Virus record (IMG/VR): IMGVR_UViG_3300033233_000004
Location: 32,001-96,000 of that record
Reading direction: 5' to 3' (one strand)
DNA length: 64,000 bases
From: a virus
The translations under genes and the position numbers were made by a program. The notes below the pieces were generated by a model. The model did not search any database. It saw only the letters and a list, made by a program, of their open reading frames with translations, and had not been told where the DNA came from. Below, one piece after another: positions 48,647-58,096 of this stretch. Within the stretch, counting starts at the first letter, position 1. Every line of letters begins with the position of its first letter.

Positions 48647-49608
48647 GGTATTTGAATTACGTCTGTAATGAAAACTGAACCTGTAACGTTGGTTGGATTG
48701 GCGTTGTATATCCAACCATACTTGTTAACAGCAAAAATATTCGAACCTGAAACCATTGTATCAACCGCAGGGGCTACTGGTCGCCACAGTACAAAATCAA
48801 ATGAATAATGAATCTCTGGTTTAATGTATGCTGGTAAAACATTGTCTACTGCTGTTTCAATAACATTTTTAACATCATTTATTTGTGTTGATGAACCAGA
48901 GGGTATGAAGAAGTAGAGTAACACCCCCGCTTGTTCAAACGAGTTTTGTTTTAGAATAGTATTCAAACCGAGAATACTATATGATAAAGAAATAGTACTG
49001 CCTGTTGCAACCAACGCATCCTTAATAGGAATAACTTTTCCAAAACGTCCGAAAGAAGGAGTTACCATCACATAAAATTTCTTTGCCGCAGAATTGAACG
49101 ACGTTTCAATGACCGACCCTGAAAAATTTGATAAAATCCAGCCCGGATAGTTGTCGATGGGTTCGATAATTACGGGGCTAATACCGTTGATGGCTTGTCC
49201 AATACGAGTTAGTGCATCTGGTGTTGTTGTTTCTGTATAAGCTAATGTTAGAAATTTCAAACTTGTACGGTATGAATTGAGTATCGAACCAGTATTAAAT
49301 TGTGAGAATTCCTGAGATGGTAATTTGTTTATTCCCAACAGGATGCCAAAGTTTTCATACATCTTTGATGTACTATGTCCCTGTATTACACCATCTCGAA
49401 CATTTTCTATGAACAAGTCATTAAATGTTTGTGTAATCTCTGACGAACCAGATGATAGTTCTGATGCATACATATCTAACAAATCATATAACGTACTCCC
49501 AATGATATTTTGTGGATACCACTGTGAAGATAAATTCGAAAAAAGATTTGTAATAAATCTTTCCTTGCTATCGGGGGCTGTTGTCTGCCATTTTATGTAT
49601 ATAGACAT
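48643..49608 (-). CDS. putative baseplate wedge protein
   Basis: Follows baseplate J; LYDLL...ASEL, MYENFG, VLPAYIK pattern resembling gpI/XkdU-like wedges. Confidence 0.55.
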   Translation of the reverse strand: MSIYIKWQTTAPDSKERFITNLFSNLSSQWYPQNIIGSTLYDLLDMYASELSSGSSEITQTFNDLFIENVRDGVIQGHSTSKMYENFGILLGINKLPSQEFSQFNTGSILNSYRTSLKFLTLAYTETTTPDALTRIGQAINGISPVIIEPIDNYPGWILSNFSGSVIETSFNSAAKKFYVMVTPSFGRFGKVIPIKDALVATGSTISLSYSILGLNTILKQNSFEQAGVLLYFFIPSGSSTQINDVKNVIETAVDNVLPAYIKPEIHYSFDFVLWRPVAPAVDTMVSGSNIFAVNKYGWIYNANPTNVTGSVFITDVIQIP

Positions 49609-49660
49609 ATTCTTAACCTATATCCTAAATAACTATGTTTGAAATCTTTTAAACGTGACG

Positions 49661-50962
49661 TGAACTACCCACCCACGCCAGAGGCGATGGGTTGGGCTTC
49701 AAGGGTCATGAACTATCCATTTACTAAAGACAAATGGGCTTCTCGCTTCAAAGCCTGCGCCCCAACAAGTTGAGGTCTTATTTTGGCTCTGCGAGTGTAA
49801 TCGCCAGTTCCTGACGATATTATTTTTAATCCCTCTAAGAGGATATTTTTACTTGCATTTATGTCCCTGTCCAATTTATGTCCATTGGCACAAGTCCATT
49901 CCCTTTCAGAAAGATTCAAGTCCTGATGTATCCAACCACATTCTGAACAAGTTTTAGAACTCGGATACCAGCGATTTATTTTTACAACTTGTTTGTTGTT
50001 CCAATCCGCTTTGTATTCAAGCAACCTTACGAATGTTCCCCAACTTGCATCAGCAATATGTTTTGCAAGTTTGTGGTTTGCCATCATTCCTTTCACATTC
50101 AAATCTTCAACACATATCGTATCATACTCATTGGTTATCTGAGTAGATATTTTATGCAACAAATCTAATCGGGCATTTACAGTTCTTTCGTGCAATACTG
50201 CAACTTTCATCCTTTGTTTGTTTCTCCGATTTGAACCTTTTACTTTCCGTGAAAGATGTTTTTGTGCTTTTGCTAATTGTTTTTCATATTGTTTTAAGTG
50301 TTTATGATTTTCATATTTAATTCCATCAGAAGTTATCACAAAATCTTTCAGACCTAAATCTATTCCAACTGATTTGCCTGTTTTTTCTTTCGGTTGATAT
50401 TTCACTTCACAAAGTATAGACACAAAATATTTTCCTGTTGGTGTTTTACTAATCGTGCAATGTTTTATTTCTCCTTCCAATTTTCTGTGTAGATTGATTT
50501 TAATTCCCTCTTTGAACTTTGGAATATTCAATCTGTCATTTTCAACTGTTACAAATTGTGGTATAGTGAAACTATTTTTATTTTTCTTGCTTTTGAATCT
50601 CGGAAACTTTGCCTTGCCACGAAAGAAGTTTAAGTATGCAGTATCCAAATGTCTTAATGCGTGTTGCAATGTTTGACTATTCACTTCTTTCAGCCAATCC
50701 GTTTCTTTTTTCTTTTTTAATCCTGTGAGTGTTTTTGCCTGTGCATAATAGTTCGGTGATTTTTTATGCTCCTGATATTTTTCTTTTCGTTCATTCAGAA
50801 AGTGATTGTAAATATACCTGACACATCCAAAATGTTTACTCAACAAGGATTCTTGTTCCTTTGTCGGGTAAATTCGGTATTTATATGACTTGTGAATATT
50901 CTTCATTGGTCGCTTACATCCCATCCACGCTAAAGCGATGAATGGGTTTTGCGCTCCGTTTT
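49661..50962 (-). mobile_element. IS200/IS605-family tnpB-only element with one left end and two tandem right ends
   Basis: Left-end hairpin CCCATTCATCGCTTTAGCGTGGATGGG after TTAT (50963-50966); right ends GAAGCCCATTTG...ATGGATAGTTCA (to 49709) and GAAGCCCAACCCATCGC...GGGTAGTTCA (to 49661). Confidence 0.8.
49713..50906 (-). CDS. tnpB: RNA-guided endonuclease TnpB
   Basis: HTH YKYRIYPTKEQ; RuvC GIDLGLKDF, VEDLNV, DRDINASKNI; zinc finger SKTCSECG. Confidence 0.95.
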   Translation of the reverse strand: MKNIHKSYKYRIYPTKEQESLLSKHFGCVRYIYNHFLNERKEKYQEHKKSPNYYAQAKTLTGLKKKKETDWLKEVNSQTLQHALRHLDTAYLNFFRGKAKFPRFKSKKNKNSFTIPQFVTVENDRLNIPKFKEGIKINLHRKLEGEIKHCTISKTPTGKYFVSILCEVKYQPKEKTGKSVGIDLGLKDFVITSDGIKYENHKHLKQYEKQLAKAQKHLSRKVKGSNRRNKQRMKVAVLHERTVNARLDLLHKISTQITNEYDTICVEDLNVKGMMANHKLAKHIADASWGTFVRLLEYKADWNNKQVVKINRWYPSSKTCSECGWIHQDLNLSEREWTCANGHKLDRDINASKNILLEGLKIISSGTGDYTRRAKIRPQLVGAQALKREAHLSLVNG

Positions 50963-50970
50963 ATAAAACC

Positions 50971-52374
50971 TTAAAATAAATTCACTGTTATTGTACCAGC
51001 ACTGGCATAAGCGTGTTGCGGTATAATTAGATTATTATTACTATCTTGCAATATAGTACTATCTTGAGATTGAAAAGTAGTAAGAGGTACAAGTACATCA
51101 TCGACCCCAACAGTATTTAATATTTCTCTAATAACATCTGATTGATTCACCGCTTCCCCGATTCCTTTATTTGTTAAAAAAGTATTTATAGCAGAAGAAA
51201 CTAATGATGTTACATCACTTCCTGTAAACCCTTGTAAAATACGAATTGCTACTGTTATCGAAATAGGTATTTCGGTTGCCCACTTAAGAAGAGTATTACT
51301 ATTCACAACATCTTGATTATCTTTGCTGAGTAGTGATTGCAAATCTTCCACGATACCATTATATTGGTAGTTGACAACAATAGAACCAGAAGTATTAGGT
51401 ACTGCTGTTATCCAATGCAATTTATCTTGAGCTATAGTAGACCCACCGTATGCCCCAACATCTTTTGATACTGACCAACCCGAAGTAGGAAGAGCACCAT
51501 TAACACTGGACAATACAGAAGTAACAGATGCAGCAATTACTGGTTGCTTAGTAAAAATAAAATCTGGATATGGACTGAATGGGTCTGAAAATTCATCAGC
51601 AAAATTTCTGAACAACTTACCTTTAACATAAATATCTACAGCCCCAATATCCCCTCGACCAGTAGCTCCTTTTCCAACAACCAGTACGTCCTCTACGGAA
51701 TCTTGTTCAATAATAAACGACAAAAAACCAGATTTGGAACCAAGTGCTGTACCAGATAAAGCAGTACTAAGACGAGATTGCATCTGAGTAGCTGTTTCCT
51801 TATCTTGGCCGCCAGTTGCTGAAAATGGATTATAGACACCATCAATACCTGAAATAGACCCATTAATAACAGTAATTGTTCCAGCACCAACATTGCTATT
51901 TGCACCACCGTTTACTGCTTCTACATCAACAGCAATCTCGTATTTACCAGTAGTAGAATTTAAATAACTCAATGCAAGAGCCGCTATCATAGTAATCGAC
52001 TGCACTGTTCTAAATTGTACTGCGTTCGATGTATCAGAAAGTAGTGTTGAAACAAGTGTTCCAGCAGGAATAGTAATATTAGAAGATGGTGCTTGATTCT
52101 TGAAAAATCGTACTGTAGTTCGAGAACGTCGAGCACCCCTGACTACCTTGGAAAAGTTTAGTAGTGTTTTTTCTAAACCTACTTCACTGGCAGTAGAAAT
52201 ACTTTGTTCGTTGGATACTTGGTCAGTACGAGTATATAGTAATTCAAACTCTTTAGCAGGAGCATCAATTACAATGTCTTTTGTAAATGTACCTTCAGAT
52301 AATTCTGCTTTCGAATTTTTACTTCTAATAAAATCCTTAAACGCTTGCACGATAGTGAGGAAGTTTCGAGCCAT
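50971..52374 (-). CDS. baseplate J/gp47-like protein
   Basis: ITIPAGTLVST, VEAVNGGANSNVGAGTI, VYNPFSATGGQDKET, GAVDIYV. Confidence 0.88.
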   Translation of the reverse strand: MARNFLTIVQAFKDFIRSKNSKAELSEGTFTKDIVIDAPAKEFELLYTRTDQVSNEQSISTASEVGLEKTLLNFSKVVRGARRSRTTVRFFKNQAPSSNITIPAGTLVSTLLSDTSNAVQFRTVQSITMIAALALSYLNSTTGKYEIAVDVEAVNGGANSNVGAGTITVINGSISGIDGVYNPFSATGGQDKETATQMQSRLSTALSGTALGSKSGFLSFIIEQDSVEDVLVVGKGATGRGDIGAVDIYVKGKLFRNFADEFSDPFSPYPDFIFTKQPVIAASVTSVLSSVNGALPTSGWSVSKDVGAYGGSTIAQDKLHWITAVPNTSGSIVVNYQYNGIVEDLQSLLSKDNQDVVNSNTLLKWATEIPISITVAIRILQGFTGSDVTSLVSSAINTFLTNKGIGEAVNQSDVIREILNTVGVDDVLVPLTTFQSQDSTILQDSNNNLIIPQHAYASAGTITVNLF

Positions 52375-52379
52375 TAGAT

Positions 52380-52877
52380 TTACCTCTTGAGTTGAGTTGT
52401 CACACCAGCAGTAGCTCCTGCTACTGTAAGTACAGAAACATTAACAGTAACTGCACGTGGGTCTGTTTCGGTAACAAAAGCATCCAGTACAGTAATGCTT
52501 TGTCCATTTGTACTGATTTCTTCTGTTGGAAGATAAATGAAACCCTCTTTTTTTTCTTGTTGTTGAGAAGATTTCAAATATTCTATACATCGTACAATTT
52601 CAGATTTAACTGCTGTTATTGTATTGGGAGCAATTACACCAGAAAGAACACTGTAGTCGAAACCATAACCGGACGGCCTCTTTGTTTCTGTCAATATTTT
52701 CTGTATCTGTTGTATCAATTTATTAACACCTGATACCGTAACTATTTTACCATCTGTACCAAATTGATAGGCGTTATAGAAACCTTTACCAAGACAACGA
52801 GGGCAAGTCAACAAAATAAATTGTTGAAGTGGATTACCCAATATATGATTACATGTAACTTTAAATTGCGCATCCAT
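52380..52877 (-). CDS. baseplate wedge gp25/GPW-like protein
   Basis: KLIQQIQKILTE...YG, DPRAVTVNVSV; directly upstream of baseplate J. Confidence 0.6.
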   Translation of the reverse strand: MDAQFKVTCNHILGNPLQQFILLTCPRCLGKGFYNAYQFGTDGKIVTVSGVNKLIQQIQKILTETKRPSGYGFDYSVLSGVIAPNTITAVKSEIVRCIEYLKSSQQQEKKEGFIYLPTEEISTNGQSITVLDAFVTETDPRAVTVNVSVLTVAGATAGVTTQLKR

Positions 52878-53432
52878 CTATTGCATCCTTGAGAAGATTG
52901 CTAAATATGTATCAATTACAGAAAGAGAACGGTCTATACTTGTAGATAATTTACTGGCCTTGTCAGAAACAGTCAACGCTCGTTGTAAACGAAACGCTAA
53001 TTCATCTAATTTGTTACGCATGCTTTTATAATCGGTAACACCAGTGAATATATCAAATCCATCTATATTTGCAGCTTGAGTAATAAAACTTGATGGAATA
53101 GCGGTTGGAGTATTGTCTACAACGTGTTGAAGGTCTTCAGTTGCTCCCGCACATTTACTAAGTTGTGCAAAAGGTATTGCACCAAGAATAGTATTGAAGG
53201 GAGCTAATGCTGCCCGACCTGCTGCTACAATAATACCTAATTGTTGAGCAATTACGTCTGCCTGTGCTGTTTTGCCAACAAGTTTTGCTTTTTCTGCAAG
53301 TAGAATCGCTCTATAGGTTTGTAAAAAAGTTGTTAATGAAGCTCTAAGTGGGAACGATAGAGCTACCAATACAGATACTAAACAACGAGATGCGCCTGTT
53401 GCTGCTACAATATTATCAACAAGAGAAGACAT
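52878..53432 (-). CDS. hypothetical helical tail-module protein
   Basis: 184-aa ORF abutting its neighbours. Confidence 0.55.
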   Translation of the reverse strand: MSSLVDNIVAATGASRCLVSVLVALSFPLRASLTTFLQTYRAILLAEKAKLVGKTAQADVIAQQLGIIVAAGRAALAPFNTILGAIPFAQLSKCAGATEDLQHVVDNTPTAIPSSFITQAANIDGFDIFTGVTDYKSMRNKLDELAFRLQRALTVSDKASKLSTSIDRSLSVIDTYLAIFSRMQ

Positions 53433-53435
53433 TGT

Positions 53436-53774
53436 TTAACCTATATCCCAAATGATGACGAACTTACAACCCAAATAGTCTTCGATTTCTTTCTGACGAA
53501 TAGTACTTATTTTCTTCTTCTGTTCATCAGAAAGAGTTTTACAAAAATGTGTGAGGCTTAAATTTTTTCTATGTTCTTCGGAAAAAACCCTTCCCAAATT
53601 AGCTTTTCTAATTTTTTCTCGGATTTTATCAGAACGAGGTTTACCAGATAAGGCAATACTTATTTTTCTTTTAGTCTCTTCAGAAAGATGTTTTTCTGAT
53701 GTTCTAAGTTTCTGTTTAATTTTTTTTGTCCGTATGTACATATCTTTAAGCATAATTACTATGTCTACTTTCAA
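53436..53774 (-). pseudogene. NUMOD3-repeat homing endonuclease remnant without a nuclease core
   Basis: HLSEETKRKIS, SEEHRKNLS, SDEQKKKIS repeats joined directly to a RQKEIEDYLGCKFVII tail. Confidence 0.6.
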
Positions 53775-53806
53775 AATATAAGCATTTCTTACCCGTTCTT
53801 GTAGTC

Positions 53807-54880
53807 CTACCCTAACTTAACTTTCTGACTTAAAATGGTTGTCAAATTGTTTTTGATACTGGTAAATGTAGCTGCATTGATAGGTGTACTTGTTGGCCCA
53901 CCGCCCGAAGGTGCGGTAACTGTAATAGAATTAATAGCATCTATAAGACTTTCCAATGTAGATTTAAGCGTGTTACCCAACACTGCTTTTTCTGTTGCAT
54001 TCTCACTTCCTAAACGAATATCATCACATGTTTCAACTATTCTTGGTGCAGTTACATAGAGTTTACCAGATTTATCAATTGTAACAAGAAGTGACCCTGC
54101 ACTTGATTGAATTTCCAGCTTAAGAGCTAATGCTGAACCACTGGTGGTTGATACAATAGCATTGTCCTTGTCTCGAACTTTACCTTCGTCATCAACTACC
54201 GTTCCTATAGTTACTTTACATATAGGCGTGGAAGCTTGATATTTGTCCGTAATTGTTAGATTAAGTTCTGTTAAAGGAGTACCATCAGGAAATGTTACTG
54301 TTGGAATACCATCAGAAATAACTTTATTAGTACCTTGTGTTCCTTCTTGTACCCATCGTCTAACTTGTCCAAACGTTTCTGTACCAGCAGCCGAGGCTAC
54401 TTTCCAATTAACAGTTTTAGCACGAATAGTACTAATGTCAGGGTCTATTTCAAAAATATCATCAAAAGGTGATACTAAAGAAATCTTACCTGTGCTATTC
54501 ATATAGATGTACGCTCCACCAACACTTTCCCAATATTTTTCACCTGCTTTAAGTTTAGGTAATGTTCCTGTTCCACCTTCGGAAGGAAATTTTTGACGTT
54601 GTACCTGATTCAAATTAATGTAACGAACAATACGAGCTTGGTCATTTTTGTCAAATTGAACGAGAACTATTGCCCCCTCTATAGGCATATTATATTCACC
54701 CCAACTACCTTGTGTAAGAAGTACATTTACACGTCCCCCCGGATGATCCAACCAACGCAAAACACAAACACCATTATCAGTATCGACTGAACTAATAACA
54801 GCAGGACGATTGTATCGAGATAAATGCTCTTGTGGATTAATGGCTTGTAATGGATATATTTTTCGTCGTCGTATATGCAT
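53807..54880 (-). CDS. baseplate central spike (gpV/gp5-like)
   Basis: N-terminal OB-like region (MPIEGAIVLVQF), C-terminal AVLGNTL...APSGGGPTSTPINAATF. Confidence 0.7.
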   Translation of the reverse strand: MHIRRRKIYPLQAINPQEHLSRYNRPAVISSVDTDNGVCVLRWLDHPGGRVNVLLTQGSWGEYNMPIEGAIVLVQFDKNDQARIVRYINLNQVQRQKFPSEGGTGTLPKLKAGEKYWESVGGAYIYMNSTGKISLVSPFDDIFEIDPDISTIRAKTVNWKVASAAGTETFGQVRRWVQEGTQGTNKVISDGIPTVTFPDGTPLTELNLTITDKYQASTPICKVTIGTVVDDEGKVRDKDNAIVSTTSGSALALKLEIQSSAGSLLVTIDKSGKLYVTAPRIVETCDDIRLGSENATEKAVLGNTLKSTLESLIDAINSITVTAPSGGGPTSTPINAATFTSIKNNLTTILSQKVKLG

Positions 54881-54885
54881 AAAGA

Positions 54886-55716
54886 TTATATGATTTTTTG
54901 GAGATGAACTCTCTCTATTGCAAGCAGGGGAGTATTTCCTGCGACGTTCAAACCGTTGGCAACGTGGACATCAAGTCTCGCTACTGTCGGGATATCGGTT
55001 GTATTTACTGCTGAATATGCAAGTGTTCTGGTAACCGAGCCTGTGGACGGATTTCCAGTCACACGCCAAACATCCATGCCAAATCGTGATTTGTCTGGTA
55101 AAAACGATATTAGTACTTCTAAGATATCTCCATTTACTCTTGGTATACCAGTATCAGTTCTAACAGGAGTGCCACCACCACTATGCATATGAAACCAATT
55201 AGGAGTGCTACCGGAAACTGAGTCTGTTGTATCATATCCTATCCCATAACAATTTAGAATACTTGATGGCTGAGATGCATCACTTCCTGCTAAACCTGAT
55301 GTAGGATGTAACCCTACATATGCCTTAATCCCGGTTCGATCCGCATCAATACCAAACCTGATAAATGCACGATACAATGTAAACACTGTAAAGGAATTCA
55401 TTGAAAACCAAAAACCAGTTCCAAGTCCTTGATACGTATTTGTTAAACCACCGCCAACACCCGCAAATTCAACCATGTAATATAATGACTTTGCGGACGT
55501 ACCAACACCTGTTCCTATAATAGAATTACTCCCGGCAGCAGACATATTATGAGCTATGTTAAGATTATAGGTGGAAGTAGTTAAAAAAATAAATCCTTCA
55601 CTGGTCGTATAAGCAAATAAATTCTCTTTAGAGTCATTGGATATGTCGATAGTATTGGCGGAACCTGAAACGACTATTCCGTCACTGCCTATTAGCGACC
55701 TTAAATTTACCTGCAC
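54886..55716 (-). CDS. putative fibre head / receptor-binding module, paralogue 3
   Basis: Shares xNLRSL.GSD, RFG, GIGYD and WR..GNP.T with the two paralogues below. Confidence 0.6.
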   Translation of the reverse strand: MQVNLRSLIGSDGIVVSGSANTIDISNDSKENLFAYTTSEGFIFLTTSTYNLNIAHNMSAAGSNSIIGTGVGTSAKSLYYMVEFAGVGGGLTNTYQGLGTGFWFSMNSFTVFTLYRAFIRFGIDADRTGIKAYVGLHPTSGLAGSDASQPSSILNCYGIGYDTTDSVSGSTPNWFHMHSGGGTPVRTDTGIPRVNGDILEVLISFLPDKSRFGMDVWRVTGNPSTGSVTRTLAYSAVNTTDIPTVARLDVHVANGLNVAGNTPLLAIERVHLQKII

Positions 55717-55727
55717 TTTTTAACCCC

Positions 55728-55756
55728 TTGCATTTGATATTAAAAATACGTATATT
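55728..55756 (+). promoter_or_regulatory. promoter TTGCAT-N17-TATATT, probably giving a leaderless HNH transcript
   Basis: The -10 element ends 6 nt before the ATG at 55763; no RBS. Confidence 0.55.
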
Positions 55757-55762
55757 GTAACT

Positions 55763-56461
55763 ATGCCTAAAAGACGGAATCTTATAAATCAAACTTTTGG
55801 ACGATTAACCGTACTTGAATTTGCTGGTATAAGCAAGTATGGTTATAGTCTTTGGTTATGTCGTTGTAATTGTGATAAAGAAATCATTATTGCTGGCAGA
55901 GATTTAAAATCTGGTAATACACAATCTTGTGGATGTTTGAAAACAAAACATGGATTATCTCGTACACCAGAATATTATACTTGGCACCATATGAAAACAC
56001 GTTGTACTAATTCAAAACAGAAATATTATCCTCGTTATAATTCTCTCGGTATCTATGAACCATGGTTGAAGTTTGAAGTATTCCTACAATACCTCAAAAA
56101 CAATAACATGTATCCACGTCCTGAAGGCAAATCTATAGACCGTATTAAAAATGAACAAGGATACTTTCCCGGTAATATCAGGTGGTCTACTCCTGAAGAA
56201 CAAGCCAATAATCGTAGACCACATAAAATTCGTTCTGATAATACATCTGGATTCAAAGGTGTCTCGTACAATAAAGCTAAAAAGAAGTGGATAGCACAAA
56301 TCTCAATCAATAATAAACGAATCTTCCTCGGTTATTTTCCCACTCCCGAATTAGCTGCTCAAGCCATCGAAGAGGCTCTTCAAGAACGGAATACCCACCC
56401 TTTTTCTATCAGAGTGCTACTTCCAATACCAGTAGCCGATCCGTTACTTGTCGCAACCTGA
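55763..56461 (+). CDS. HNH homing endonuclease with AP2 domain
   Basis: QTFGRLTV...WLCRCNC...SCGCL; SIDRIKNEQGYFPGNIRWST..EQANNRR; AP2 NTSGFKGVS...WIAQI...LGYF. Confidence 0.9.
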   Translation: MPKRRNLINQTFGRLTVLEFAGISKYGYSLWLCRCNCDKEIIIAGRDLKSGNTQSCGCLKTKHGLSRTPEYYTWHHMKTRCTNSKQKYYPRYNSLGIYEPWLKFEVFLQYLKNNNMYPRPEGKSIDRIKNEQGYFPGNIRWSTPEEQANNRRPHKIRSDNTSGFKGVSYNKAKKKWIAQISINNKRIFLGYFPTPELAAQAIEEALQERNTHPFSIRVLLPIPVADPLLVAT

Positions 56462-57231
56462 ACCCCAATTGCTTGTCCAGTACTGGGAAGAGACCCAGTG
56501 ACAACAGCGTTGTAGATTTGTGTGCGAGTAATCAAAGTGGATGTAGATGGATTTCCCGCCAACCGCCAAACAGTAACAGTATAACTTGTGCTTGCTGGAT
56601 CAAATTCCAAAAGTAAATCTATAAAATCAGTTGTATTTCTTGGTAGTAATGTTAATTCTGTTTTAACAGCATTTCCACTTGCGCCGTTATGGTATAATGA
56701 CCAATTACCACTTGACAAATCCGCATTGTCATATCCTATTCCAAATAACTCCACAGAGCCTGAAGGGTCACTCGCTATGGTAGCAGAACCAGCAAACGCT
56801 ACATTGGCTGCGGCACAAATACCCACGAACCCCCTTGTGTTATTCCTATTATCGCCTTTTCCAAATCTCAAGAATACTTTGTATTTTGTAAAATGTGAAT
56901 ATTGAGAAAGTACAATACTTCCTGACGATCTTACTCCACTACCAACATTTGCACCAGTTGCACCAACGAACGAAGCATATGAAAATATATCTCTTGCTTG
57001 TGCAGGTGCTGCGGTAACAGAAATAAAAGTTTCAGTTCCAAGTTTAACTGTAGGCGCATTAATCCAATTGGCTCCTTGAGAATTTGTACCTATACCAACA
57101 CGAGGAGACAATAATGCCCAGTCCCCACTTAGACTGAATGGGTTGAAATGAGGGTTGCTCAGGGTAATATCGCTCGGATTTTGCAGGATATCTATATCAG
57201 AAGAAACCAATGATTTTAAATTAGCTATCAT
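56380..57231 (-). CDS. putative fibre head / receptor-binding module, paralogue 2
   Basis: 283 aa, colinear and highly similar to 57232..58083. Confidence 0.65.
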   Translation of the reverse strand: MIANLKSLVSSDIDILQNPSDITLSNPHFNPFSLSGDWALLSPRVGIGTNSQGANWINAPTVKLGTETFISVTAAPAQARDIFSYASFVGATGANVGSGVRSSGSIVLSQYSHFTKYKVFLRFGKGDNRNNTRGFVGICAAANVAFAGSATIASDPSGSVELFGIGYDNADLSSGNWSLYHNGASGNAVKTELTLLPRNTTDFIDLLLEFDPASTSYTVTVWRLAGNPSTSTLITRTQIYNAVVTGSLPSTGQAIGVQVATSNGSATGIGSSTLIEKGWVFRS

Positions 57232-58083
57232 TTATACACCCCGAAAAATGAAACCTTTTGAGATAGCTATGCCCTCTCCTGTACCACTTGCCGAAGCATT
57301 TGCAACGGCGCATTGAACTCCTATACTTGATCCTGTTACTGGAAGAGAACCCGTAACTACTGCTGAAAATATTCCTGCTCTTGTTATTTGTGTTGATGTT
57401 GCAGGATTCCCTGTTATTCTAAATACTTGTATAGTATATTGAGTGGAGGCTGGATTGAATTCTATTAACAAATCAATCATGTCATTTGTATTTCTTGGTA
57501 GTAATGTTAATTCTGTTTTAACAGCATTTCCACTTGCCCCGTTATAATACAAACTCCAATTACCACTTGCTAAGTCGGCATTGTCGTACCCTATCCCAAA
57601 CAGATTCGTAGAACCGGAAGGATCAGTAGCCATGGTTGCGCCTTGAAACGCCACATTAGCCATAGCTCCAATACCTACAAAGGCTCTCGTATTATTCTTA
57701 TTAGTTGTTTTTCCAAATCTCAAGAATACCTTGTATTTTGTAAAATGTGCATACTGCGTAAGTGGTATACTACCGGAGGAACGAATACCAGTACCTGTAT
57801 TTGCCGTAGTTGCTGAAACAAATTGAGCATATGAAAATATATCTCTGGCCTGTGCCGGTGCTGCTGTAGGAGACACAAAAGTTTCAGTTCCAAATTTTAC
57901 TGTAGACGCATTAATCCAATTGGCTGCGAAAGTAGATGCACCTAATACTACGCGAGGCGACAATAGGGCATATGCTCCAGAAGTACTGAATGGGTTGTAA
58001 TTGGTGTTGGATAACGTAATGTCATTTGGATTTTGTACGACATCAATATCAGAGCCTACAAGCGAACGAAAGTTAACAGCCAT
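57232..58083 (-). CDS. putative fibre head / receptor-binding module, paralogue 1
   Basis: 283 aa tandem duplicate. Confidence 0.65.
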   Translation of the reverse strand: MAVNFRSLVGSDIDVVQNPNDITLSNTNYNPFSTSGAYALLSPRVVLGASTFAANWINASTVKFGTETFVSPTAAPAQARDIFSYAQFVSATTANTGTGIRSSGSIPLTQYAHFTKYKVFLRFGKTTNKNNTRAFVGIGAMANVAFQGATMATDPSGSTNLFGIGYDNADLASGNWSLYYNGASGNAVKTELTLLPRNTNDMIDLLIEFNPASTQYTIQVFRITGNPATSTQITRAGIFSAVVTGSLPVTGSSIGVQCAVANASASGTGEGIAISKGFIFRGV

Positions 58084-58096
58084 ATTAGTTTAATCC

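Noticed and set aside
54886-58083. Diversity-generating retroelement or invertible shufflon acting on the head paralogues
   Set aside because: No reverse transcriptase or recombinase in the window, all copies are co-oriented, and the differences are not adenine-specific.
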